Shown: positions 1-7,632 of the stretch, one piece after another
Position numbering within the stretch: position 1 is the stretch's first letter
Layout of the letters: each line of letters begins with the position of its first letter
DNA from: Pseudobdellovibrionaceae bacterium
GTDB taxonomy: Bacteria; Bdellovibrionota; Bdellovibrionia; Bdellovibrionales; Bdellovibrionaceae
Assembly: GCA_041288045.1 (NCBI GenBank)
Contig: JBGGMM010000104.1
Coordinates: forward strand, 1 to 29,867
Reading direction: 5' to 3'
Length of the DNA: 29,867 nt
The notes under the pieces: generated by a model
The model's database searches: none
What the model saw: the letters and a program-made list of their open reading frames with translations, nothing else
What the model was told of the DNA's origin: nothing
Made by a program: the position numbers and the translations under genes

Positions 1-1
1 A

Positions 2-1594
2 AAAGTCGTCGAAGTCCAAAGCGACTACGTTCTTGTCAACATCAACTACAAATCTGAAGGTCTTATTCCAATCGACGAATTCCGAGTTGTCGATGGCGTC
101 CGCGCTGTGAAAGCTGGAGACCAAGTTGAAGTTCTCATCGACCGCATCGAAAACGAAAATGGCATGATCGGCCTCAGCAAAAACAAAGCTGATATGATGC
201 GTGCATGGACAGACATCTCGAAAGCAGCGGAAAACGAAGAAGTCATCGAAGGAACTGTCATTGCGAAAGTCAAAGGCGGCCTCGAAGTCGACATCGGCGT
301 GAAAGCTTTCCTGCCCGGTTCACAGATCGATTTGCGACCTGTTCGCAACATGGATACTTACATCGGGAAAAAGTACAAATTCAAAGTTATTAAATTCAAC
401 AAAAAGCGTGGCAACATCGTTCTCTCTCGTCGAGCTCTGCTTGAAGAAGAGCGCGAAAGCATGCGCACTCAGACTTTGGATCAAATCAAAGAAGGATCTG
501 TCGTCACTGGCGTCGTGAAGAACATCACGGACTACGGTGCTTTCATCGATCTCGGTGGAATGGATGGTCTTTTGCACATCACAGACATGAGCTGGGGACG
601 CGTCAAGCATCCTTCAGAACTCTTGAATGTGGGTGATGAAATCCAAGTCAAAGTTCTCAAGTACGACACTGAAAAAGAACGAGTGTCTTTGGGAATGAAG
701 CAAATGCAACCGGATCCATGGGAAACTGTCAAAGCAGCTTACCCAGTGGGTGCGAAGCTCAAAGGCAAAGTTGTGTCTTTGGCTGAATACGGTGCATTCG
801 TTGAAATCGGTGATGGCGTTGAAGGTTTGATCCACGTTTCAGAAATGAGCTGGACAAAACGAGTGAAGCATCCATCACAGATCGTTAACGTTGGCGACGA
901 AGTCGAAGTTCAAGTCCTGGAAGTGGATCCTGAAACACGCCGTATTTCTCTCGGCATGAAGCAGCTCCAACAAAATCCATGGGTTGAATTGAAAGAGTCT
1001 TATCAGCCTGGAACCATCATCGAAGGTGAAGTGAAATCAGTCACTGATTTCGGGATCTTCGTCGGTGTTGAAGACGGCATCGACGGACTTGTTCACATTT
1101 CTGACTTCTCTTGGACGAAGCGTGTGAATCATCCCAACGAAATGTTCGCGAAAGGCCAAAAAGTCCGAGCGGTTGTTTTGGGAGTCGACATCGAGAACGA
1201 AAGATTCTCTTTGGGCCTCAAGCAGCTCGAGTCAGATCCATGGTCAAATATCGAGAGCAAATATGCTGTCGGTACTCAGCATGATGTGAAAGTTGTGAAA
1301 ACAGCTGATTTCGGAGTTTTCGTTGAGCTGGAAAGCGACATCGAAGGCCTGATCCATATCTCTGAACTGACTACTGAGCGTATCAACAAGCCAGAAGATT
1401 TCGTGAAAGTGGGCGAAACTTTGAAAGCGGAAGTCATTTCCATCGACAAAGACGCACGCAAAATCGGATTGTCTTCAAAACTTGTGAAACTGAGAGACTC
1501 TAAAGCGGACGTTGATGATTATGTGAAGAAGGCAACTTCGACATCCAAGTCAACTCTTGGCGATCTCTTCGCTGACCAGTTCAAAAAGCAGTAA
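2..1594 (+). CDS. rpsA: 30S ribosomal protein S1 (5' end outside window)
   Basis: Tandem S1 domains (AFLPGSQID, YGAFIDLGGMDGLLHITDMSW, YGAFVE..EGLIHVSEMSW, DGLVHISDFSW, EGLIHISEL). The frame is open from position 2 (KVVEVQSDYVLVNINYKSEGLIP...), so the listed start at 107 is internal. Confidence 0.98.
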   Translation, partial: KVVEVQSDYVLVNINYKSEGLIPIDEFRVVDGVRAVKAGDQVEVLIDRIENENGMIGLSKNKADMMRAWTDISKAAENEEVIEGTVIAKVKGGLEVDIGVKAFLPGSQIDLRPVRNMDTYIGKKYKFKVIKFNKKRGNIVLSRRALLEEERESMRTQTLDQIKEGSVVTGVVKNITDYGAFIDLGGMDGLLHITDMSWGRVKHPSELLNVGDEIQVKVLKYDTEKERVSLGMKQMQPDPWETVKAAYPVGAKLKGKVVSLAEYGAFVEIGDGVEGLIHVSEMSWTKRVKHPSQIVNVGDEVEVQVLEVDPETRRISLGMKQLQQNPWVELKESYQPGTIIEGEVKSVTDFGIFVGVEDGIDGLVHISDFSWTKRVNHPNEMFAKGQKVRAVVLGVDIENERFSLGLKQLESDPWSNIESKYAVGTQHDVKVVKTADFGVFVELESDIEGLIHISELTTERINKPEDFVKVGETLKAEVISIDKDARKIGLSSKLVKLRDSKADVDDYVKKATSTSKSTLGDLFADQFKKQ

Positions 1595-1625
1595 TCAAAA
1601 AAGAAGAACAATCTCTGTTCTTTCC

Positions 1626-1657
1626 AAAACCCGGGTCCAAAAGATCCGGGTTTTTTT
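1626..1657 (+). terminator. Intrinsic terminator of rpsA
   Basis: AAAACCCGGGTC-CAAAA-GATCCGGGTTTTTTT: GC-rich stem with one G.U pair followed by T7, about 30 nt after the rpsA stop. Confidence 0.9.
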
Positions 1658-1672
1658 ATGGGGATCAGCCAG

Positions 1673-1814
1673 AGGGTGCCTTTCTCTTTTTGCTTCACTC
1701 GCTGCGGCATTGGTGGGGTGGTCACAGCGGTGCCGGATGTAATTGTCAGAGTGTCCGTCCATGCGAAAGCTGTTTCCCGACCATCGTGGTCGGGAAATCA
1801 TTTTAGAGGGAGCT
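1673..1814 (-). repeat. Structured intergenic repeat, copy A (left arm of an inverted pair)
   Basis: 1673-1701 AGGGTGCCTTTCTCTTTTTGCTTCACTCG is the exact reverse complement of 1975-2003. Contains hairpin TTTCCCGACCA-TCG-TGGTCGGGAAA (1773-1797) and the block CCGTCCATG shared with copies B and C. Confidence 0.9.
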
Positions 1815-1866
1815 GATGATACGCAATGCTTTGTCTAAAGAAGAGAAGTGTTGTCGAAAATGAATT

Positions 1867-2003
1867 CTTCTCTTCCTGAAAAATCCTTCTGGCCACGATG
1901 GCCAGAAGGCAGCCTTCGCATGGACGGCTTTCGCTGTATCCGGACAGCTGTGCCGACCCCTTCCTTTGTCGCTCCGAGTGAAGCAAAAAGAGAAAGGCAC
2001 CCT
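1867..2003 (+). repeat. Structured intergenic repeat, copy B (right arm of an inverted pair)
   Basis: Hairpin CCTTCTGGCCA-CGA-TGGCCAGAAGG (1885-1909), then CAGCCTTCGCATGGACGG, GCTGTGCCGACCCC (1947-1960) and the 29-bp terminal arm. Colinear with the reverse complement of copy A. Confidence 0.9.
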
Positions 2004-2028
2004 AAAAAGCAACGACGTGTGTTATGTC

Positions 2029-2057
2029 TCAACAGTGGCGAAGTTGAAGTCTAGAAT
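2029..2057 (+). promoter_or_regulatory. Candidate sigma70-type promoter for sppA operon
   Basis: TCAACA-N17-TAGAAT ending 20 nt upstream of the sppA ATG, with AAGGA as ribosome-binding site. Consensus match only. Confidence 0.35.
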
Positions 2058-2077
2058 TTGGCAAAAGGATCTTCGAC

Positions 2078-3004
2078 ATGAAAAAAAATCCCTGGTTGAT
2101 GTTAGCTGTTCTTCTTTTGGTCTTTGTTTCTCTGTTTGCTTTTATGATGGGGAGCTCTGTCATTTCGCTTTTTGGCGGTGAGGATCGGGTCCGTATTCTT
2201 CATCAAAATTCCATTTTGCATCTCAAGCTTGATGGCGTGATTGTAGACGGTGACAAGTTTCTCAAAGCTCTCAAAAAATACCGTGAAGAAGATGATATCA
2301 AAGCAGTGGTCGTGGAAATCGATTCTCCTGGTGGAGTGGTTGGTCCGTCGCAAGAAATTTTTGAGGAACTCAAAAAGACCCGCACTGAATTTAAAAAACC
2401 GGTGGTCGCAGTGTCGCCGGGCTTGATGGCCAGTGGAGCTTATTATTCCGCCGTTGCCGCCGACAAAATCATCGTTGCCCCTGGAGCTCTGGTGGGGTCG
2501 ATCGGCGTGATCATGGAGTTTGCAAATCTGGAAAGACTTTATGACTGGGCGAAAATCTCTCGCTACACAATCACGACTGGCAAGTATAAAGACTCGGGGG
2601 CCGAATATCGTGAAATGCGAGAGGATGAGCGAAAGCTTTTTCAAGAGCTGATCAACGAGGTTTGGGGTCAATTCAAAGAAGCTGTTGCCGAAGGACGAAA
2701 TCTCAGTCCGGAAGAAGTCGAGCCCTATGCAGATGGCCGCGTTTTTACAGGAGCCACTGCTGTCAAATTGAAATTTGCCGATGAAGTGGGAACTGTTGAT
2801 CATGCCTTTGACGTTGCCGCTGAATTGGCGAAGATCGATGATTTTGAAATTTTTGAAATTCCCAAAGGGCGTCCAAACATTCTCGAACTGCTCACCACGG
2901 AAGAACCGGAATCAAAAATGGTGAGCGAAGTGATGAACAAAGTTTTGCGTGCGGATTTGATCAATCGGCCCTTGCTTCTGATGCCAGGATTTTGGGCGCG
3001 CTAG
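2078..3004 (+). CDS. sppA: Signal peptide peptidase SppA (short, S49 family)
   Basis: N-terminal TM helix; motifs IDSPGG, ASGAYY (catalytic Ser), GSIGV, GKYKD (Lys), ADGRVFTG. Typical position downstream of rpsA. Confidence 0.95.
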   Translation: MKKNPWLMLAVLLLVFVSLFAFMMGSSVISLFGGEDRVRILHQNSILHLKLDGVIVDGDKFLKALKKYREEDDIKAVVVEIDSPGGVVGPSQEIFEELKKTRTEFKKPVVAVSPGLMASGAYYSAVAADKIIVAPGALVGSIGVIMEFANLERLYDWAKISRYTITTGKYKDSGAEYREMREDERKLFQELINEVWGQFKEAVAEGRNLSPEEVEPYADGRVFTGATAVKLKFADEVGTVDHAFDVAAELAKIDDFEIFEIPKGRPNILELLTTEEPESKMVSEVMNKVLRADLINRPLLLMPGFWAR

Positions 3005-3010
3005 GAAAAC

Positions 3011-3601
3011 ATGGCGAAGAAAAAAGTCTCTCCCAGCCAAAAGAAAAAATCTCATTCCAGCAAGCGGCCTCCGCTGATGGTCCAAGTGGGAAAAGAGATT
3101 TGGCCTCTTGAGAGAGATGTGCTCTTTCGTCCCGATCGCTTTAAGTATGTAAGAAAATTGATTGCCCCGACGGGCTGCGTGTTTTGCTTAGCTGCTAAAG
3201 AAAAACCAAGCTTTGAAACTCTCTGTGTGCACAAGTCCGAGCATTCGATGGTGATTCTGAATAAATTTCCTTACAATTCAGGGCATTTGCTGGTGATTCC
3301 AAAAAGACATGCAGGCGATCTTTTAAAGCTGTCAGAGGCCGAATTTTCTGATCTCCATAATTGCCTGAAGTTGGCCATTGAGGCTCTTCAGCAGGTCTAT
3401 CAGCCGGGTGGAATGAATGTGGGATTGAATTTAGGGGCAGTGGCCGGAGCCGGGATCCCGGATCATGTCCATTATCACGTTATTCCGCGATGGGCCGGGG
3501 ATCTGAACTTTTTCCCCTTGGTCGCGGAAACCAAGACGGTCATCGAATCACTTGAGATGAGCTTTGATCGTCTGGTAGCCTATTTTAAGGGCGGAAAATA
3601 A
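3011..3601 (+). CDS. HIT family nucleotide hydrolase / Ap4A phosphorylase-like
   Basis: CVFC zinc motif, LNKFPYNSGHLLVIPKRH, NLGAVAGAGI and histidine triad HVHYHVIPRW. Confidence 0.92.
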   Translation: MAKKKVSPSQKKKSHSSKRPPLMVQVGKEIWPLERDVLFRPDRFKYVRKLIAPTGCVFCLAAKEKPSFETLCVHKSEHSMVILNKFPYNSGHLLVIPKRHAGDLLKLSEAEFSDLHNCLKLAIEALQQVYQPGGMNVGLNLGAVAGAGIPDHVHYHVIPRWAGDLNFFPLVAETKTVIESLEMSFDRLVAYFKGGK

Positions 3602-3603
3602 AT

Positions 3604-4359
3604 ATGCAGCGCAATCCAGTTCAAATGAATCTAACAATCACTCCCACAGTCAAAGCCCTCATCATCGTCAATTTGGTTGTTTGGTTGGGGGGACAGGTCC
3701 TGCTTGAAAGAATGGGTGGGGTTGAATTTTCCCGATGGTTGGCGCTTTATCCAGCCAAAGTCCTTTATGATTTTTCCATTTGGCAGCTCTTTACTTATAT
3801 GTTTCTGCACACATTTCAAGTGAGTCATATCGTCTTCAATATGCTGATGTTGTGGATGCTCGGCGGTGAGTTGGAAACCCGCTGGGGACGAAAGTTTTTT
3901 CTCTCTTACTATTTGATCACGGGAGTGGGGGCCGCCTTCATTTACTGTGTTGGAACTTGGGTTTACTTTCTTTTTAAGCCTGGCACTCATGCTCTGGTGG
4001 TCCCGGTCATGGGCGCCTCTGGAGCCATTTTCGGTCTGCTTTTGGCCTATGGGATTCTGTTTGGTGAGCGCACCATCCATGCTTTTTTGATCTTTCCGAT
4101 GAAGGCCAAATATTTTGTGATGATTTTGGGCTTTATTGAGTTGGCTTCGCTTTTGACGTCTGACGTTAGCGGCGGAGATGTGGCCTACCTGGCTCATTTG
4201 GGGGGCTTGGCGTCTGGATATCTGACTTTGTTGGGGTGGACACGGCTGCAGCAGATGATGTGGGCTCGCAAAGCCAAGAAAAAGAATCGAAACCTTCGTT
4301 TGGTCGTCGACAATGAACGGACGCCAAAAACCGGCGAAGGTCCCAAATACTGGAACTAG
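3604..4359 (+). CDS. Rhomboid family intramembrane serine protease
   Basis: WQLFTYMFLH, HIVFNM, catalytic GASG and AHLGG motifs, multiple TM helices. Confidence 0.95.
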   Translation: MQRNPVQMNLTITPTVKALIIVNLVVWLGGQVLLERMGGVEFSRWLALYPAKVLYDFSIWQLFTYMFLHTFQVSHIVFNMLMLWMLGGELETRWGRKFFLSYYLITGVGAAFIYCVGTWVYFLFKPGTHALVVPVMGASGAIFGLLLAYGILFGERTIHAFLIFPMKAKYFVMILGFIELASLLTSDVSGGDVAYLAHLGGLASGYLTLLGWTRLQQMMWARKAKKKNRNLRLVVDNERTPKTGEGPKYWN

Positions 4360-4416
4360 AATCAATTGGCTTTTCCCTCTGAATTTTGATACACCATGAC
4401 TCTCTTGGAGGTTCGC

Positions 4417-4608
4417 ATGGCTTTGGACAAGGCACTTAAAAATTTGAAATTTGATGCCCGTATGACGGAATTCAACCTGGACAACGGCGTGATTTCAAAA
4501 GAAGAGCTCAAAGCTCATTTGGATTCTCTGCAGGATTCCGGCGCAAATTCTGAGAAATTGAATATCGAAGAGAACAGCCGATCCAGCTCAGACACGACTC
4601 AGCACTAA
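4417..4608 (+). CDS. Small hypothetical protein (63 aa)
   Basis: GGAGG 5 nt before ATG 4417 (preferred over 4396). Fills the gap between rhomboid and the convergent gene, with overlapping stop codons. Confidence 0.75.
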   Translation: MALDKALKNLKFDARMTEFNLDNGVISKEELKAHLDSLQDSGANSEKLNIEENSRSSSDTTQH

Positions 4609-5615
4609 TTTTCTAAAATAGATGCCGGCTGTTTCGCATCAACAGCCGCATTTTTTTCTGGATCTTCTTTGGCAGCCAAAGGATCCGGCAATGCTTTCCA
4701 ATCCTCACGAATGATCTGAAATCCGACTTCAGGCGAGAGCCGGGCGTGAATGGTTTTGATTCCGTAATCTTTGTGCAAATTGGATTCGTATCTTTGCACT
4801 GTGCGAATCACCACCTGATCTTTGTTTTGCAGAATCAAAGGCGGTGAGAGCTGAACTTTGATGTAAGAGTAAAGAGATTTCAGTCTCTTTTTGTGACGAT
4901 ACCACTGTCTGTAATTCATCTCATCGTTTCTGAAAGTGGCATCATAGTACTTGATGTAAGTATCAACGTCCTGTTGTTCCCAAGCCGTTCGCCAGTTTTC
5001 GAAATCCTGTAGGTATTTTTGCTTCTGAGTCAGGTACTCGTCAGGCTTCAAATATTTCACTTCATCAAAAATCAAAATAGGAGTTTGCTCCAAACGCACG
5101 AATTGCTTGAGAAGCTTGATGATGTCATTGCGAACCACGACGCAACCGCGAGATCCTCGAGTCAAAGGAACAGTGTCGGGAACTGCATGCAGCCAAATGC
5201 CTGAGCCAGTTTTAAAATCCCGCTTATCAAAAATATTCGGATAATCCGTGGTGAAGGCCAGATTGCCATAAAGGCTGAAAGGAATATCGGGTTGAGTCAT
5301 TTCTCTTTGCAAAAAATAAATTCCAACCGGAGTTTTATGATCATTCTCTTTTGTTTTATCTCCATTTTTCTTACCGATATCAGCTGGGTATTCGGCAATG
5401 ACATTCAGGTCCGAATTTTTCCATTCATAAACTGACAAAGTGCGTTTGGATTTATCCACAACGAAAGAATAAGAAGCAAATTCAGGTTGATCAGAAAGAG
5501 CGATCAGTCCCGCAGGATAGTGTTTTTCGGGGACTGAAACGGGCGTTTCAGCCTGAGACGAAAATGCAAGACCAACGACACTGAGAGCCGCCACTGGAGC
5601 GAAAATAAAGCGCAT
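4605..5615 (-). CDS. YkuD/L,D-transpeptidase-fold L,D-carboxypeptidase with C-terminal NTF2-like domain (Bd1075/Csd6/Pgp2-like cell-shape enzyme)
   Basis: Sec signal peptide; VVDKSKRTL, D.KTP.G.Y, DYPN.FD, GSGIWLH (H143) and GSRGCVV (C158); C-terminal W..AWE..D...Y..YY...F pattern of the NTF2-like domain. Confidence 0.9.
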   Translation of the reverse strand: MRFIFAPVAALSVVGLAFSSQAETPVSVPEKHYPAGLIALSDQPEFASYSFVVDKSKRTLSVYEWKNSDLNVIAEYPADIGKKNGDKTKENDHKTPVGIYFLQREMTQPDIPFSLYGNLAFTTDYPNIFDKRDFKTGSGIWLHAVPDTVPLTRGSRGCVVVRNDIIKLLKQFVRLEQTPILIFDEVKYLKPDEYLTQKQKYLQDFENWRTAWEQQDVDTYIKYYDATFRNDEMNYRQWYRHKKRLKSLYSYIKVQLSPPLILQNKDQVVIRTVQRYESNLHKDYGIKTIHARLSPEVGFQIIREDWKALPDPLAAKEDPEKNAAVDAKQPASILEN

Positions 5616-5736
5616 ATCTCATTCGACTCTGAGTTTGCCGAAATGTCAATTAGACCGACCTTTTGCCAGGCTGGGTGATGCGCAAAACTTTGACAAAAAA
5701 AGCAAAAAATTTTCGTGAGAGCTCATCCTTTGTCCT

Positions 5737-5763
5737 TCAGACCTCAGTCCAGAAAGCCGATAA
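5737..5763 (+). promoter_or_regulatory. FliA (sigma28) promoter upstream of fliL
   Basis: TCAG-N15-GCCGATAA: perfect sigma28 -10 octamer at 5756-5763 with a correctly spaced but imperfect -35, 9 nt before the ATG of a flagellar gene. Confidence 0.7.
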
Positions 5764-5772
5764 AAAATCACT

Positions 5773-6300
5773 ATGGCTGAAAATCAAGAGAAAAAACCTG
5801 AAGGCAAAAAGCTTCCCATCGCCCTGATTCTGCAAGTGGTTTTCGCAGTTGTGAATCTTGGTGTCACAGGGCTTGGAGCTTTTTGGGTCTATTCGGCAAC
5901 AATGGGCTGGCATTCTCCCTCAATCAATGAAGAGCAGCTGACCGCTGAGAAAAAAGCCAATGAAGAAAAAGAGGCTTTAGCTGGGGCTGAAGCAGGACCT
6001 CTGGTCTACACAATGGATAAATTCACAGTGAACCTGGCCGGTGAGCCGAAACGCACAATCCGAGTTGAAGTGAATTTGGAAATGCTGGGCAAAGAGGGCT
6101 TTGAAGAGATCATCAATTCAGACAACCGGGCCAAAGCTCGGGATTTGATTGTGCGAATTCTGAACGACAAGACCTTCGCCGACCTGGAAAGCATTCAGGG
6201 CAAACTCTTTCTGAAAGATCGCATCGCCACAGACATCAATTTGCTACTTGCCGAGGGCGTGGTGAAGGACGTTTACTTCTCAGAATTCGTCGTGCAATAA
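5773..6300 (+). CDS. fliL: Flagellar basal body-associated protein FliL
   Basis: Single N-terminal TM helix; FTVNL, RD.I..IL..KT..DL.S.QGK..LK..I...IN and V.DVYFSEFVVQ C-terminus. Confidence 0.95.
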   Translation: MAENQEKKPEGKKLPIALILQVVFAVVNLGVTGLGAFWVYSATMGWHSPSINEEQLTAEKKANEEKEALAGAEAGPLVYTMDKFTVNLAGEPKRTIRVEVNLEMLGKEGFEEIINSDNRAKARDLIVRILNDKTFADLESIQGKLFLKDRIATDINLLLAEGVVKDVYFSEFVVQ

Positions 6301-6309
6301 TCGGAGGGC

Positions 6310-7632
6310 ATGACAAAACTTAAATTCTCCAGCGTTTTAGCGGTCCTCTTTTTTTCATTCTCTCTTCAAGCCCAATTGAAAATTCAATTTCCGGTCGAGA
6401 AATACACTCTCGCCAATGGCTTGACTGTGCTTTTAGCAGAAGATCATTCCGTGCCAATGATCAGCTATCACACTTGGTATCGGGTCGGATCCAGAGATGA
6501 GGGTCCGGGCGTCACCGGGGCTGCACACATGTTGGAACACATGATGTTCAAAGGAGCCAAAAAATACTCGGGCAAAGAATTCGATCAGGTTCTGCACGAA
6601 AATGGAATCGTCAACAATGCCTTTACCAGTTACGATTACACCGGATTTTACGAAAATCTTCCCAGCTCAAAGCTTGAACTGATTATGGACATGGAAGTCG
6701 ACCGCATGCGAAGCCTGGCTCTGAGTGGTGAGGATTTAAAAAGCGAATTGCAAGTCGTCGGCGAGGAGAGGCGATGGCGAGTCGACAACAATCCCGGAGG
6801 CTTGCTGCGAGAAATGGTCATGGGCCAGCTTTTCAAAGTCCATCCCTACACTTGGCCAGTGATTGGCTACATGAAAGACATTCAAGCTTACACTCCTGAA
6901 AAGCTTCGCAAATTCTATGACACTTTCTATGTGCCCAACAATGCGGTTCTGGTGCTTTCTGGGGACTTCGACAGCAAAAAAACAAAAGCATTGATTGAAA
7001 AGTACTACAGTCAGCTGTCGGCGCGCCCCTTGCCTGAGAGAAAATATCCAGCTGAGCCCATGCTGACTTCGGTCCAGAGAAAGAATCTTCCTTGGGACGT
7101 GCAAACCAAATCATTTGTTGTTGCCTTTCAGGGGATTGCGGCCGGAACCAAAGATTCTTTTGCTTTGGATTTGGCCGGAAATATCCTCGGCGGTGGCCGC
7201 TCCAGTCGACTGCATAAAAAATTGGTTTATGAAAGCCAAATGGCTTCTTCGGCCGGCGCTTATAATATGACAAATGCCGATCCCGGGGCTTTTATGGTGA
7301 TGGTCACAATGAAGCCAGGAAAGAGCACAGACCCGGCTGAAAAAATCATTATCTCTGAAATTGAAAAACTGAAATCCGGATTGGTCAGTCAGGATGAGCT
7401 GCAAAAAGCCAAGAATCAGACGATGATGGATTATGTCGATGGTCTGACGACAATTGATGGAAAGGCGCAAGCTCTCGCCATCAATGAAATTATTTTCGGA
7501 GATTATGGCCGGCTTTTTTCAGATCTTGAAAAGTATCAGCAGGTCACTGCTGCCGATATTCAAAGAGTGATTAAAACTTACCTGCCATCTGGCAAACGCG
7601 TTATTGGAATTTTGGAGCCTAAAGCAAAATGA
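6310..7632 (+). CDS. M16 family zinc peptidase, catalytic subunit (exported)
   Basis: Inverted zinc motif HMLEH (HxxEH), NAFTSYDYT, downstream EE-RR, SSRL; signal peptide ending SLQA. Confidence 0.95.
   Translation: MTKLKFSSVLAVLFFSFSLQAQLKIQFPVEKYTLANGLTVLLAEDHSVPMISYHTWYRVGSRDEGPGVTGAAHMLEHMMFKGAKKYSGKEFDQVLHENGIVNNAFTSYDYTGFYENLPSSKLELIMDMEVDRMRSLALSGEDLKSELQVVGEERRWRVDNNPGGLLREMVMGQLFKVHPYTWPVIGYMKDIQAYTPEKLRKFYDTFYVPNNAVLVLSGDFDSKKTKALIEKYYSQLSARPLPERKYPAEPMLTSVQRKNLPWDVQTKSFVVAFQGIAAGTKDSFALDLAGNILGGGRSSRLHKKLVYESQMASSAGAYNMTNADPGAFMVMVTMKPGKSTDPAEKIIISEIEKLKSGLVSQDELQKAKNQTMMDYVDGLTTIDGKAQALAINEIIFGDYGRLFSDLEKYQQVTAADIQRVIKTYLPSGKRVIGILEPKAK

Noticed and set aside
1519..2181. Cluster of 60-71 aa ORFs on both strands sharing peptides such as RVKQKEKGTL and SEAKRERHP
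   Set aside because: The shared peptides are simply translations of the 29-bp inverted repeat. No RBS or family motifs, and stem changes are compensatory at nucleotide level rather than synonymous.
5621..5649. TTGACA-N17-TCGAAT on the minus strand as a leaderless promoter for the L,D-carboxypeptidase
   Set aside because: Perfect -35 and spacing, but the -10 lacks the critical second-position A; not supportable without TSS data.
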